64,000 nt of DNA from a virus. Position numbers and translations under genes: made by a program. Below the pieces are notes generated by a model, which was given only the letters and a program-made list of their open reading frames with translations, had not been told where the DNA came from and made no database searches. Numbering within the stretch: position 1 is the stretch's first letter; the number at the start of each line of letters is the position of its first letter. Below are positions 9,750 through 18,125 of this stretch, piece by piece. The DNA is taken from positions 64,001 through 128,000 of the IMG/VR virus record IMGVR_UViG_3300017917_002814; one strand, written 5' to 3'.

Positions 9750-9806
9750 ATTATAACAAAATGGGTCTTTTTAGTCTACCAAAAGTTTTTGTTACTTTTT
9801 AGCAAC
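9750..9806 (-). promoter_or_regulatory. sigma70-type promoter plus GTTGC-N6-GTAAC operator-like palindrome
   Basis: TAGACT-17-TATAAT (9750-9778); palindrome at 9791-9806. Confidence 0.7.
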
Positions 9807-10013
9807 ACAAACATACTCTTGTTGATATTGCAACTGTGTGTCTATTACACGATTAATAACATTCATCTGTTGTTGCGAATATTGCAAGTTTGGAGCAATC
9901 ATGCGAGTTGCATAAATTGCACGAATAGCATCTTTGCAACTGTTAACAGAATCGTAAGAACCCATATGAGCTGGCTGTTGATTGAGAGCAACAAATAATA
10001 AAATGTATTTCAT
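9792..10013 (-). CDS. small hypothetical protein, probably leaderless
   Basis: 73 aa with hydrophobic N-terminus; ATG 6 nt after the -10 box. Confidence 0.55.
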   Translation of the reverse strand: MKYILLFVALNQQPAHMGSYDSVNSCKDAIRAIYATRMIAPNLQYSQQQMNVINRVIDTQLQYQQEYVCVAKK

Positions 10014-10019
10014 GTGTAC

Positions 10020-10075
10020 ACTTTAACAAAATGGGCCTTTATAGTCTACCGTTTTTTTCGTTGCTTTTTAGCAAC
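10020..10075 (-). promoter_or_regulatory. sigma70-type promoter plus GTTGC-N6-GCAAC palindrome (near-duplicate of 9750-9806)
   Basis: TAGACT-17-TAAAGT; perfect-arm palindrome GTTGCTAAAAAGCAAC at 10060-10075. Confidence 0.7.
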
Positions 10076-10381
10076 TGTTTTATTGGTTGCTAAAGGAGCA
10101 ACTTTTGTTGCATTTTTGAGCCGATGAAACAAATCTGTTGCTTTTTTAAAATTAAAATTTGGATGCTTGTACATATAGTCTATTTTGCGCTCTAAAACTT
10201 GCAAAACTTCTAACAAGTCCATTTTTGTTGCAAAATCGCTATCCATTAGTATTTTATTAACATCATGCTTATCTAGCATGTATTCTACCCATTTTTCTGT
10301 AGCGGGTATTTTGTAATATTGCACTATTGCTTTTTTGTTATTGCGTGTTGCATATTTGCTAATGTAAGTACGTGCTAACAT
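10046..10381 (-). CDS. basic hypothetical early protein
   Basis: 111 aa, strong AAGGAGG SD, own promoter. Confidence 0.65.
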   Translation of the reverse strand: MLARTYISKYATRNNKKAIVQYYKIPATEKWVEYMLDKHDVNKILMDSDFATKMDLLEVLQVLERKIDYMYKHPNFNFKKATDLFHRLKNATKVAPLATNKTVAKKQRKKR

Positions 10382-10407
10382 ATAGCCTCCTTTTAACGAG
10401 ACTTTAC

Positions 10408-10436
10408 ATTATATGCAAAACACGATTTATGTGCAA
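10408..10436 (-). promoter_or_regulatory. sigma70-type promoter
   Basis: TTGCAC-17-TATAAT. Confidence 0.7.
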
Positions 10437-10442
10437 CGCTTG

Positions 10443-10808
10443 TTAAAGTTGCAAGTTGTCTAGATATTGTTGAAGATTATCGGCATGCAATTTAAGCAAC
10501 ACAGTTTCTTCTTCGCCTAATAGTAATAAACTATCCGTTTTTTGTATGTAATAGGGACAAGTAAACAGTCTGCTCAACTGTAGAAGTGTTCTGTTGCGCA
10601 AAGGCTCTGCTAATTTGCATTCGTATATTGGGATTCGAGTAAATTTTTTAATAAACTCAATTCCGGTTTTACTGAGTCTTAAATTAGTTGGATCGGTATG
10701 ATTCCACCACCAAACTCGGATATATTGAGAATATTCAGATGAGTCACGTCCAGCTGCCGCTAAAATGCCTTCAGTGTAGCTTTGATGATTACGGGTAGAT
10801 TTGGTCAC
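10443..10808 (-). CDS. hypothetical phage protein
   Basis: 121-aa ORF. Confidence 0.6.
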   Translation of the reverse strand: MTKSTRNHQSYTEGILAAAGRDSSEYSQYIRVWWWNHTDPTNLRLSKTGIEFIKKFTRIPIYECKLAEPLRNRTLLQLSRLFTCPYYIQKTDSLLLLGEEETVLLKLHADNLQQYLDNLQL

Positions 10809-11076
10809 CTTGTTTCATTAGGACCACTGTGAATTTGTCAGTTTTGAACAAGGCGTTTAGTTTTTTGCAAAGATTGATGGCGTGTCCAGAATTTGAAAAA
10901 CTTACCTTTTTGTATTTTGGACCCGGATACGCAACCAGCATGTTAGAACTCTTTAAATTTATTGGTTTATTGTCATAGAAAATAGCCCAAATTCCTTCAC
11001 TACTAAGAACTTGTTCACTTTTGTAGTTAGACTTGTTTACATGTTCTAACAATATTGTTGGTTTAGGTCTAGACAT
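10789..11076 (-). CDS. hypothetical phage protein
   Basis: 95 aa (MSRPKPTILLE...GPKYKKVSFSNSGHA); TAAATA motif upstream. Confidence 0.7.
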   Translation of the reverse strand: MSRPKPTILLEHVNKSNYKSEQVLSSEGIWAIFYDNKPINLKSSNMLVAYPGPKYKKVSFSNSGHAINLCKKLNALFKTDKFTVVLMKQGDQIYP

Positions 11077-11126
11077 TACATTATTTCCTTGAACTATATA
11101 TTTATGCTAAAAATAGTCAGTTTAAG

Positions 11127-11336
11127 TTAAAAACCTCCGCCGTCCAAGCTTACTGCTGTAGGTTGCGATGTTTCACTGGCTGATTGTATTTCTGCAATGT
11201 GAGCAAGTAAAGTAAAAATATCAGAATGCAAACTTCTAGCTTCGTCTGCTGATAATGCTAACTGTTTACTACCTGTTTGATTCATTATTTTTACTCTTTC
11301 GTTAAAGTTTTTAATTGCTAAACTTAATTTTTGCAT
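11127..11336 (-). CDS. hypothetical protein
   Basis: 69 aa, ends DGGGF. Confidence 0.6.
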   Translation of the reverse strand: MQKLSLAIKNFNERVKIMNQTGSKQLALSADEARSLHSDIFTLLAHIAEIQSASETSQPTAVSLDGGGF

Positions 11337-11797
11337 TGCATTTCCTTGTGAATATTTTGCATTTCTTCTTTAGATTTGAACGGACCAATGAAATTATATC
11401 TGTTTACTGTGATATTTTTTGGGCAAAAATTTTCTGTCCATATACCGTTTAATTTGATCAAATAGTAACCTGCACAGAACAAACTTTTGCTTTTTGGCGT
11501 TTTACTATATATTGGTAATTTTTTTTGTACATCCCAAACTTGATTATAAGATTTACCTTTGATTGGATATCCATAAACTGTTTTGTTACTTTCTTTTGTA
11601 GTTTTGTCAGGAGCACCAAATTTAATGTTGTACTTTTGTTTGAGATTTTTAACTGATGGAAAATATTCGCGTTGTTCATCGTGAACATAAACAAAGCCAC
11701 CATCAGACCGAGCCTGTATGGTAGCAATTTTTTGCCCATGATCTTCTACTACCCAAAATTTGTTTTTCACTACTGGTTTGGCTATTCGTTCATTCAT
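11324..11797 (-). CDS. hypothetical phage protein
   Basis: 157-aa ORF in the operon. Confidence 0.7.
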   Translation of the reverse strand: MNERIAKPVVKNKFWVVEDHGQKIATIQARSDGGFVYVHDEQREYFPSVKNLKQKYNIKFGAPDKTTKESNKTVYGYPIKGKSYNQVWDVQKKLPIYSKTPKSKSLFCAGYYLIKLNGIWTENFCPKNITVNRYNFIGPFKSKEEMQNIHKEMQCKN

Positions 11798-12059
11798 GTG
11801 ATTTTTTCAATGTACTATGAGTAATAATTTTGCCAATTTCATGACCAAGGTCTAGATTTTCAGCTACGATAAATAAATCATCTTCATAAGACTGTCCTCG
11901 ACGCACTTGTACAATGTATCCGCCGTGTGCTTCGTGAACGTCAATTGATAATTTCTTATTGGGCAATCGAGATTTACCGCTACCATATATTTCGCCTATT
12001 GAAATATCTGTACCACCTCCGCCCATGCCACCTATTGTAAATGTTTGTGAACTACTCAT
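11790..12059 (-). CDS. hypothetical protein
   Basis: 89 aa; shares an H.A.GG.I motif with the next ORF (possible paralogs). Confidence 0.6.
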   Translation of the reverse strand: MSSSQTFTIGGMGGGGTDISIGEIYGSGKSRLPNKKLSIDVHEAHGGYIVQVRRGQSYEDDLFIVAENLDLGHEIGKIITHSTLKKSHE

Positions 12060-12349
12060 AATTTCATTTGCTCCAACATGATAGCCTGTGCCACTTGCTT
12101 GGCAAAGTCTTGATCTTCGTGAATCATATACAAGGTATTTTCGTGTCTATCTGTTTTTTCGTTGTATTTTCTAGATTCAAAAATATGACCTCCTACCGCT
12201 CGGTGCAAGGTAAAATTTAGTCCTTCATGTCTTAAATGATCTCTTGATGAAACTACCGTTTCTCGTAGCTGTATAGATTCTTCTTGATTCAACCAATTTC
12301 TTACTGCTCGTCTTAACCAATTCATTGTTGTTTCTCCTCTTCTTGACAT
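12056..12349 (-). CDS. hypothetical protein
   Basis: 97 aa; LHRAVGGHIFE motif. Confidence 0.6.
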   Translation of the reverse strand: MSRRGETTMNWLRRAVRNWLNQEESIQLRETVVSSRDHLRHEGLNFTLHRAVGGHIFESRKYNEKTDRHENTLYMIHEDQDFAKQVAQAIMLEQMKL

Positions 12350-12666
12350 AATACTTTCATCATTTCAAATTTGTCATGTAAATCTTTAAGTCCAGGATGG
12401 CGACTCATTAAATCTTGTAATCGTGCTTCTTCTCGCATTTTAGTTTCTGCCCACGTCAGTGCCGAGTGTGCAGCTTCACTTAAATTCAAGTTGGCGTTAG
12501 TATCAATAGGATACCATGCAACACCGTTATAAACTTCTATAGAACCGTTGTTACCATTGTATCTTAAAAGACCAGCACTTTGTGCACCTGGGCTTATTGG
12601 CGGCACATTGTTGTAACCATTTTGTATATGAAGATATGGACTACCACTGGTTAAACTTTTGATCAT
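12322..12666 (-). CDS. hypothetical protein (start reassigned to MIKSLTSG)
   Basis: GLLRYN...IEVYNGVAW motif; ATGA overlap with the upstream gene. Confidence 0.6.
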   Translation of the reverse strand: MIKSLTSGSPYLHIQNGYNNVPPISPGAQSAGLLRYNGNNGSIEVYNGVAWYPIDTNANLNLSEAAHSALTWAETKMREEARLQDLMSRHPGLKDLHDKFEMMKVLCQEEEKQQ

Positions 12667-13037
12667 ATGTATTCTGCCAATAGAACGGAAACTACAAATC
12701 CAATAGTCAAGTAGGTCAAGGCGTGTAGTAATTGATCTACACCAATCCAAAACCAGAACTGGTTGCTGTCGTAAGCCAATTTCACTGTGGCTCTGCGCTG
12801 GAACCAATCTACAGTATAATGCACAACAGCATCAAATACGGCCAACATAACACAAGCCTGTAAACCTAAAAAGTGCATGAGAATCACATAAGTCAATGCA
12901 CCGTGTAGTCCGGCGTGTTGCAAACCACCTATGCGCCAAAAATGACCTTTGTCTCTCAGCATTCTATCCGTTTGCCAACAGAAGTCTGCTAGAAAATGTT
13001 TGACAAACAACAAGACTAATATAAGCCAAGTGATCAT
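12663..13037 (-). CDS. DUF3307-like membrane protein
   Basis: KHFLADF..Q, HAGLHG, HYTVDW, GVDQLLH motifs. Confidence 0.75.
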   Translation of the reverse strand: MITWLILVLLFVKHFLADFCWQTDRMLRDKGHFWRIGGLQHAGLHGALTYVILMHFLGLQACVMLAVFDAVVHYTVDWFQRRATVKLAYDSNQFWFWIGVDQLLHALTYLTIGFVVSVLLAEYI

Positions 13038-13240
13038 TTACATAACTCTTCCCATACAAGTTCTTTGTCATAAACATGACTGCGAAGACTTATATAATTT
13101 CTTGCCAGGGCTTGGTGTATAACCATGGCATAATCCTTTGGACACTCAGGATGAATAATCAGTGCTGCACGAGCAGCCATTTTTAAATTGTCATGAACAA
13201 AAAAATCAGGATCGTCTTGATTGATTTCACGAATGGTCAC
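13034..13240 (-). CDS. hypothetical protein
   Basis: 68-aa coupled ORF. Confidence 0.55.
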   Translation of the reverse strand: MTIREINQDDPDFFVHDNLKMAARAALIIHPECPKDYAMVIHQALARNYISLRSHVYDKELVWEELCK

Positions 13241-13470
13241 AGGATGCCTTCTTCAACTACTGTATTAGTCCAATTCCTGCCACGAATATACCGTTGTGCT
13301 TGTTCTAGGGTGTCAAACATTTTGGTTGCAGAACAAGCCCCATCTGGGCTGTACGATTTTAATGTGCGCCAAAACTTGAAACCAAATAACCATTTCACTT
13401 CGATTTGTATGGTGTAAAAAGTTACAGCATTGCCGTCTTCAAATTTTACAATTCTATATCTATCTGTCAT
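13237..13470 (-). CDS. hypothetical protein
   Basis: 77-aa coupled ORF. Confidence 0.55.
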   Translation of the reverse strand: MTDRYRIVKFEDGNAVTFYTIQIEVKWLFGFKFWRTLKSYSPDGACSATKMFDTLEQAQRYIRGRNWTNTVVEEGIL

Positions 13471-14456
13471 GCCGGATACTCTGCACCTAAGAATTCACTT
13501 AAACTCGAACTTTGTTCACTCAATCGATTTAATTCATACTTGCCACAAAACTTCAAGAACTGTGCTCCTACCATGGGACGACTTTTACGAACTGCACCTG
13601 CTGCTATGGTCTCTGCAATCTTGGCTTTAATTTCTGCAGGTTGTGCAGTGAGATCTACTAGCACTCTATTGCGTTCATAGTCATCTAACACTCGATGTTC
13701 CACACCGTTATGATCTGTCCATCGCTGAAGCATGAGATTGTTCCAAGCATATCCTTTTTTATGTTGGTCAGCAAATGCCTCATTGAGACCAACTTTGTTC
13801 TTGCTACCTTTCGTCCTAACACCCGGATAGGCGGAAAAGATATTGTCTGTTGGATCTCCGCGCATACACTTCTCAAACAGGATCCATTGCGGATCAGGTA
13901 TGACTTTGGGTGCCTTGGTCTTTTTATCAATTACCAGTTTGCCTTTCTTGTCAAGAATTCCTTCTAGCGTGTGTAGTTCGTCGGCAACACCGTTATATTG
14001 CTGTACATTCGGCGCCAGTAACTGGTAGAAGTCGGTGTCGGAGGATATGATAACATGATTGTCATTGGGGTGGGCTTGTATAAAGCCGGCAATGAGATCA
14101 TCTGCTTCAAGTTCAGGATGCTGAAGAACTGTGCAATTAGTCTTTTCTGCGAGGAACGTTTTAAGATTATCGAACGCTTCCCAAAATAGTCGGTCCTCTT
14201 CCTGTTCGGATTCAGTGAGAGCTGCACGAGCGACTGCACGATTCTTTTTGTACGGCTCGTAATAATCCTTTCGCCAGCTCCGTCCCTCCAAACAGAATAC
14301 CACGTGATCGGCTTTCTGATCCCGCCAAGCCTTATTAACCGAACCAAGGGTAACATGTATGGCAAATCCCAACTTATCCCAAGTGTCCGATTGACGATGG
14401 GCCGAATGGCGGGCACGGAAGAATGTGTTTGCAGTGTCTACGATTAGATATCTCAT
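13467..14456 (-). CDS. rnh: T4-like RNase H / 5'-3' exonuclease (FEN family)
   Basis: IVDTAN, SWRKDYYEPYKKNR, EADDLIA, ISSDTDFYQL, GDPTDNI. Confidence 0.9.
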   Translation of the reverse strand: MRYLIVDTANTFFRARHSAHRQSDTWDKLGFAIHVTLGSVNKAWRDQKADHVVFCLEGRSWRKDYYEPYKKNRAVARAALTESEQEEDRLFWEAFDNLKTFLAEKTNCTVLQHPELEADDLIAGFIQAHPNDNHVIISSDTDFYQLLAPNVQQYNGVADELHTLEGILDKKGKLVIDKKTKAPKVIPDPQWILFEKCMRGDPTDNIFSAYPGVRTKGSKNKVGLNEAFADQHKKGYAWNNLMLQRWTDHNGVEHRVLDDYERNRVLVDLTAQPAEIKAKIAETIAAGAVRKSRPMVGAQFLKFCGKYELNRLSEQSSSLSEFLGAEYPA

Positions 14457-14462
14457 GCAGTA

Positions 14463-14491
14463 ATACTAGCATATTATAATAACCGTGTCAA
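14463..14491 (-). promoter_or_regulatory. sigma70-type promoter giving a leaderless rnh mRNA
   Basis: TTGACA-17-TAGTAT-6 nt-ATG, no SD. Confidence 0.6.
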
Positions 14492-15178
14492 GTGTGGTAA
14501 AAGAAATTCTGCCCATTTTCTATGAGCATCGGCACCAAAATGATATGAATTTGGTTTTACTGTTTTGTATCCTTTTGAAAGTAACCAATTAAAATAAATA
14601 AATTCTTCATCGTATGGATTTAGAAAAGAATTTCCCCATTCTTGTCTTTGCAAATTGTTTATTCTAATATGGGAAAAACAATTATATGTGTTAAAAAAAA
14701 GATGTGGTACATTGAGACCATTTAAATATTCGTGAAAATTCCATATAGTTTCATGATTATACAATTCATTTTTTGCATATTCTGAAGACGAAGCTATTAC
14801 CCATGTTTTGTATTTTTGAACCAACTCGCTTGGCAATCTATCTGTTCCACTGCCAGTGATTTGATAATACACACCATCATGCAACCATTCTTCTCGTTCC
14901 CAAGTGGCCCATCCTATAATAATTGCATCTGGTTTTGTGTGTTCTAAATACTTTTTAGTGGTTCTAATTATTCTGCTATTTGAACTTGCCGATTCGGCAT
15001 CACAATGCAATATAGCAAACAGTTCATTGGCAATATTACAACCATAGCTGGCTCGCTCATTGTCGGGGTGCGGAATACGCCCCAAAGCATGGTAAAACGG
15101 ATCATCCTCTGCAAAGCAGTAATCATTTACAGCTTCTGCGCCAGCACTATGGCTGTCTCCATTTACATAAAGTATCAA
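14474..15178 (-). CDS. SGNH/GDSL-like hypothetical protein
   Basis: NGDSHSAG, ASSNSRI, C-terminal YHFGADAH. Confidence 0.6.
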   Translation of the reverse strand: MILYVNGDSHSAGAEAVNDYCFAEDDPFYHALGRIPHPDNERASYGCNIANELFAILHCDAESASSNSRIIRTTKKYLEHTKPDAIIIGWATWEREEWLHDGVYYQITGSGTDRLPSELVQKYKTWVIASSSEYAKNELYNHETIWNFHEYLNGLNVPHLFFNTYNCFSHIRINNLQRQEWGNSFLNPYDEEFIYFNWLLSKGYKTVKPNSYHFGADAHRKWAEFLLPHLTRLL

Positions 15179-15573
15179 GAGATTTCGGTCCTTCCGTTGC
15201 CTAAATCGTTACGATCTACTCTTCTGGGTCTCGCATCAATGGGTTGATTGGCCTCCCATTGCTCATAGTTTTCATTTAAAATATTACGACATACACTTTG
15301 AAACCATCTATCTACTATTTCGGCATCAGTATCATCTTTTTTCTGCATAAAACCGGCTTTGACCAATTTGGCCACAAACAATTCATTCCAATCTAGTTCA
15401 AAAGAACCATTGCCAACATCATCAGGATCAAGTTCCACTGCCACAACACTGACATATGGTTCTCCTGCTTCTGTAGCCAATTCCTTAGCAGTTTTGTTTT
15501 TTGCTTTAGGCTTTGGTCGTTCTTCTTTTATTTCTGGTTTCTTTTTAAGCCAATCAAACATCAGGTTCCCCAT
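15175..15573 (-). CDS. hypothetical phage protein
   Basis: 132-aa ORF (GEPYV...FELDWN...DRWF). Confidence 0.7.
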   Translation of the reverse strand: MGNLMFDWLKKKPEIKEERPKPKAKNKTAKELATEAGEPYVSVVAVELDPDDVGNGSFELDWNELFVAKLVKAGFMQKKDDTDAEIVDRWFQSVCRNILNENYEQWEANQPIDARPRRVDRNDLGNGRTEIS

Positions 15574-16409
15574 TCATTTTTAAATAACGGCACTTGCAAT
15601 CGATCGCTATATCTTAAACCATGTTTCATTGCCAGTAATGCCACTGTACGATTATTCAATGTGTAAACACTTTCTACGCCACCTACAGGCATTAGATAGA
15701 CTGATCCATGAAATCCAGCATTACGATATTGTTCCGTTGCTTTTAATGCGTCTTTGACATCTTCTTCGGTGGCTACTACAAATTTAAGATATGTATGGCC
15801 AATGGTTTGATATTGACATACAATCTCTGGACGAATAGCCTCGGCCCATGACTCACCACTGGCCGGGAGTTTTGCGCTTACACTAAATGTCACTTCTCGA
15901 GCAAAATTGGGACCAGGCATTTGCCATTGTAGCAAGTAATCTGCAAACTCATCAGATAACATTTGAGTGCCATTAGTTTCAAAAGTTATTTCTTTTAATC
16001 TTTTCATGCGAGGATGATTGAGTAAATCCTCATAACTGCGCTGCCAGCCTAGTAATGGTTCTCCACCGGTAATAACAAGATGTTCATCTTTCCACTTACC
16101 ATGTGGCAATATTTGCATAATCCGTTCTACAATCGCATCACTAGTAAGCATAGGACTTAGATCTTTGAATCTAGGATCCCATGACGCATAACTATCACAA
16201 CCTGTGCTAACTAATGGAAGTTCTTCGTACCGACTGTATTTGGCAGGATCAACATTTTCTGCTTCTATGCTTAGATGTCCGCGAGGCATACCAAACCCTG
16301 CACACTTAAAGTTGCAACCAAATGTGCGAAGAAACACACTAGGAACACCCATGTATCTACCTTCGCCTTGTATTGAATAGAAGAGTTCTGCTACTTTGAT
16401 TTTACTCAT
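15561..16409 (-). CDS. queE: 7-carboxy-7-deazaguanine synthase (radical SAM)
   Basis: ELFYSIQGEG, FLRTFGCNFKC...GCDSY, ITGGEP, ETNGT. Confidence 0.92.
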   Translation of the reverse strand: MSKIKVAELFYSIQGEGRYMGVPSVFLRTFGCNFKCAGFGMPRGHLSIEAENVDPAKYSRYEELPLVSTGCDSYASWDPRFKDLSPMLTSDAIVERIMQILPHGKWKDEHLVITGGEPLLGWQRSYEDLLNHPRMKRLKEITFETNGTQMLSDEFADYLLQWQMPGPNFAREVTFSVSAKLPASGESWAEAIRPEIVCQYQTIGHTYLKFVVATEEDVKDALKATEQYRNAGFHGSVYLMPVGGVESVYTLNNRTVALLAMKHGLRYSDRLQVPLFKNEWGT

Positions 16410-16412
16410 AAT

Positions 16413-16571
16413 TTACCAATGTCGAATAATACCTGCCACGATGAACAGGTTTGTTAGAATGTATACTAGCACAATAGCGGTACGGATACAAGCAATTTTA
16501 TTTGCTTCTGTATCTGTAGTGCCTGATTTTTCTCCTAGTGCTTTGGCCCAAAGACGCCAAACGTTACGCAA
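16413..16571 (-). CDS. small membrane protein typical of T4-like aquatic phages (not in ORF track)
   Basis: Manual translation from TTG: MRNVWRLWAKALGEKSGTTDTEANKIACIRTAIVLVYILTNLFIVAGIIRHW. Confidence 0.65.
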   Translation of the reverse strand: MRNVWRLWAKALGEKSGTTDTEANKIACIRTAIVLVYILTNLFIVAGIIRHW

Positions 16572-17067
16572 ATAAATCTTCATTCCATTCTCTATGGCCT
16601 TCGCGGAAAGCCATATTGCTTTGTGTTTCTCTAACCTCTACTCGATAGCACCAAAGACGCTCTGCTTCACTTGGACCCCACATGTCTGGTATATACACAC
16701 CATTCACATATTTGTACAACATGTCTGCTAGGCCTTCACAACCTAAGCGTGGTAGTACAACAATTTTAGCCATATTCTTTTCTTGTAGCAGTTTAAATGT
16801 TTCCATTTCTGGATCGTCTTGCGCCACAATCAAAGTATGGTCAAATTGATCTTCTAAGATCTTCTTAAGTTCTTTGAGACCGCCGTAGTCGGCGGCCCAG
16901 TTACGCACATCTAAGTGATCTGTGCCAAAATAAAACTTCATCGAAAATGAATAACCGTGAATTAGATTGCAATGGCTGTCGGCACGCCATTGACGATATG
17001 CACAAGGAAATGCGTCGTGATACTCTTTGGTACTTGTATATTTGTAAACTCTTGTTGGGTAAGACAT
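16564..17067 (-). CDS. queD: 6-carboxy-5,6,7,8-tetrahydropterin synthase
   Basis: SHCNLIHGYSF, DYGGLKELK..L...FDH, EVRET; between folE and queE. Confidence 0.88.
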   Translation of the reverse strand: MSYPTRVYKYTSTKEYHDAFPCAYRQWRADSHCNLIHGYSFSMKFYFGTDHLDVRNWAADYGGLKELKKILEDQFDHTLIVAQDDPEMETFKLLQEKNMAKIVVLPRLGCEGLADMLYKYVNGVYIPDMWGPSEAERLWCYRVEVRETQSNMAFREGHREWNEDLFA

Positions 17068-17160
17068 GTTATTCTCCTATATTAAATTTTAACATAGGCT
17101 TGCAGAATTTGTAAAGCGGGATGAATGCCAAGAAAGGCCGCTAATAGATTATTATTTATA
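17068..17160 (-). promoter_or_regulatory. TATAAATA late promoter plus structured 5' leader of queD (riboswitch-like)
   Basis: AGCGG/CCGCT stem, possible pseudoknot, and hairpin CCTATGTTAAA/TTTAATATAGG that occludes the AGGAG SD. Confidence 0.5.
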
Positions 17161-17162
17161 CT

Positions 17163-17711
17163 TTAATTTTCCCACCAAGATTCCCAAGGAAAAACCACCC
17201 AACAAGGATCTTCATTTTTGTTGATATTTTGCCCTATATAATCAACATTTTTAAACTGACTGGCTTCATTGTTTACAATTACAGCGAACCGTACATTGTT
17301 ATTATAAATTACGTTCCATGCCGGATGTTTGGGTAAACAACTGCTACGCCAGTCATTTTTGATCCATTCTAGTGTAGCACCTGAATCATTTATATCATCA
17401 ACGATTAGAATTTTTTTACGATATGCCGGATCGGTGTCAGCATCACCTGATCCACGTTGGTCCTTAGGTACATAACCAAACGCATGTTCGGCCATCCAAA
17501 GATTACTTTCACTTTCGTTACCATCGCGTAGACTTACTTTTAGTGTTTCACATGGGACATCAAAATAATGACTAATCATAGCAGCCGGAGTCAACCCACC
17601 TCGAGTAATACCTACCACATAGTCAGGACGCCAATCACTGTTAGCAATGTCTCTACATAGTCTATGCATTAAACCTTTGAATTCTTGGTCTGAGATTCTG
17701 ATTTTTTTCAT
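17163..17711 (-). CDS. type I phosphoribosyltransferase (xanthine/guanine PRT-like)
   Basis: VVGITRGGL, ILIVDDINDSGATL PRPP-binding loop, WVVFPWE. Confidence 0.88.
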   Translation of the reverse strand: MKKIRISDQEFKGLMHRLCRDIANSDWRPDYVVGITRGGLTPAAMISHYFDVPCETLKVSLRDGNESESNLWMAEHAFGYVPKDQRGSGDADTDPAYRKKILIVDDINDSGATLEWIKNDWRSSCLPKHPAWNVIYNNNVRFAVIVNNEASQFKNVDYIGQNINKNEDPCWVVFPWESWWEN

Positions 17712-17899
17712 TAGTCTCTTTCTGCCACAGTGGCTTCTTTGATAAGAGAAATCAACTCATCTAAATCTTTACATAAAATTTTAGCGGTTGCCCACTCGCT
17801 GCTTGAGTCTCTACCACTGATTTCTAACATAAATCCATTGTCATACATATAAACTGTAAAGTTGTCGTTTACTTTTTCTAGTTTGTCATTTAGTTTCAT
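17711..17899 (-). CDS. hypothetical protein
   Basis: 62-aa coupled ORF. Confidence 0.55.
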   Translation of the reverse strand: MKLNDKLEKVNDNFTVYMYDNGFMLEISGRDSSSEWATAKILCKDLDELISLIKEATVAERD

Positions 17900-18120
17900 T
17901 TTAAACCTTTCTTTTTTTTGTCTTCCTGCATTCCTTGTGCTATCATTTTTTTAATAATCAACAGCACTCGACCTTTTTCTTTCTCCGTTAAAAATTTAAC
18001 CAATACAAGTTTATCATCATAACTTTTAGCACCATCTAAGAATTCTTCTGGTACTGTTATTTTTGGTTTTTTTGGTTTAAACTTTTTTAAATTTGCTTTT
18101 ATGTCATCATCGTCGGACAT
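17896..18120 (-). CDS. hypothetical basic protein
   Basis: 74-aa ORF. Confidence 0.55.
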   Translation of the reverse strand: MSDDDDIKANLKKFKPKKPKITVPEEFLDGAKSYDDKLVLVKFLTEKEKGRVLLIIKKMIAQGMQEDKKKKGLK

Positions 18121-18125
18121 TCATA

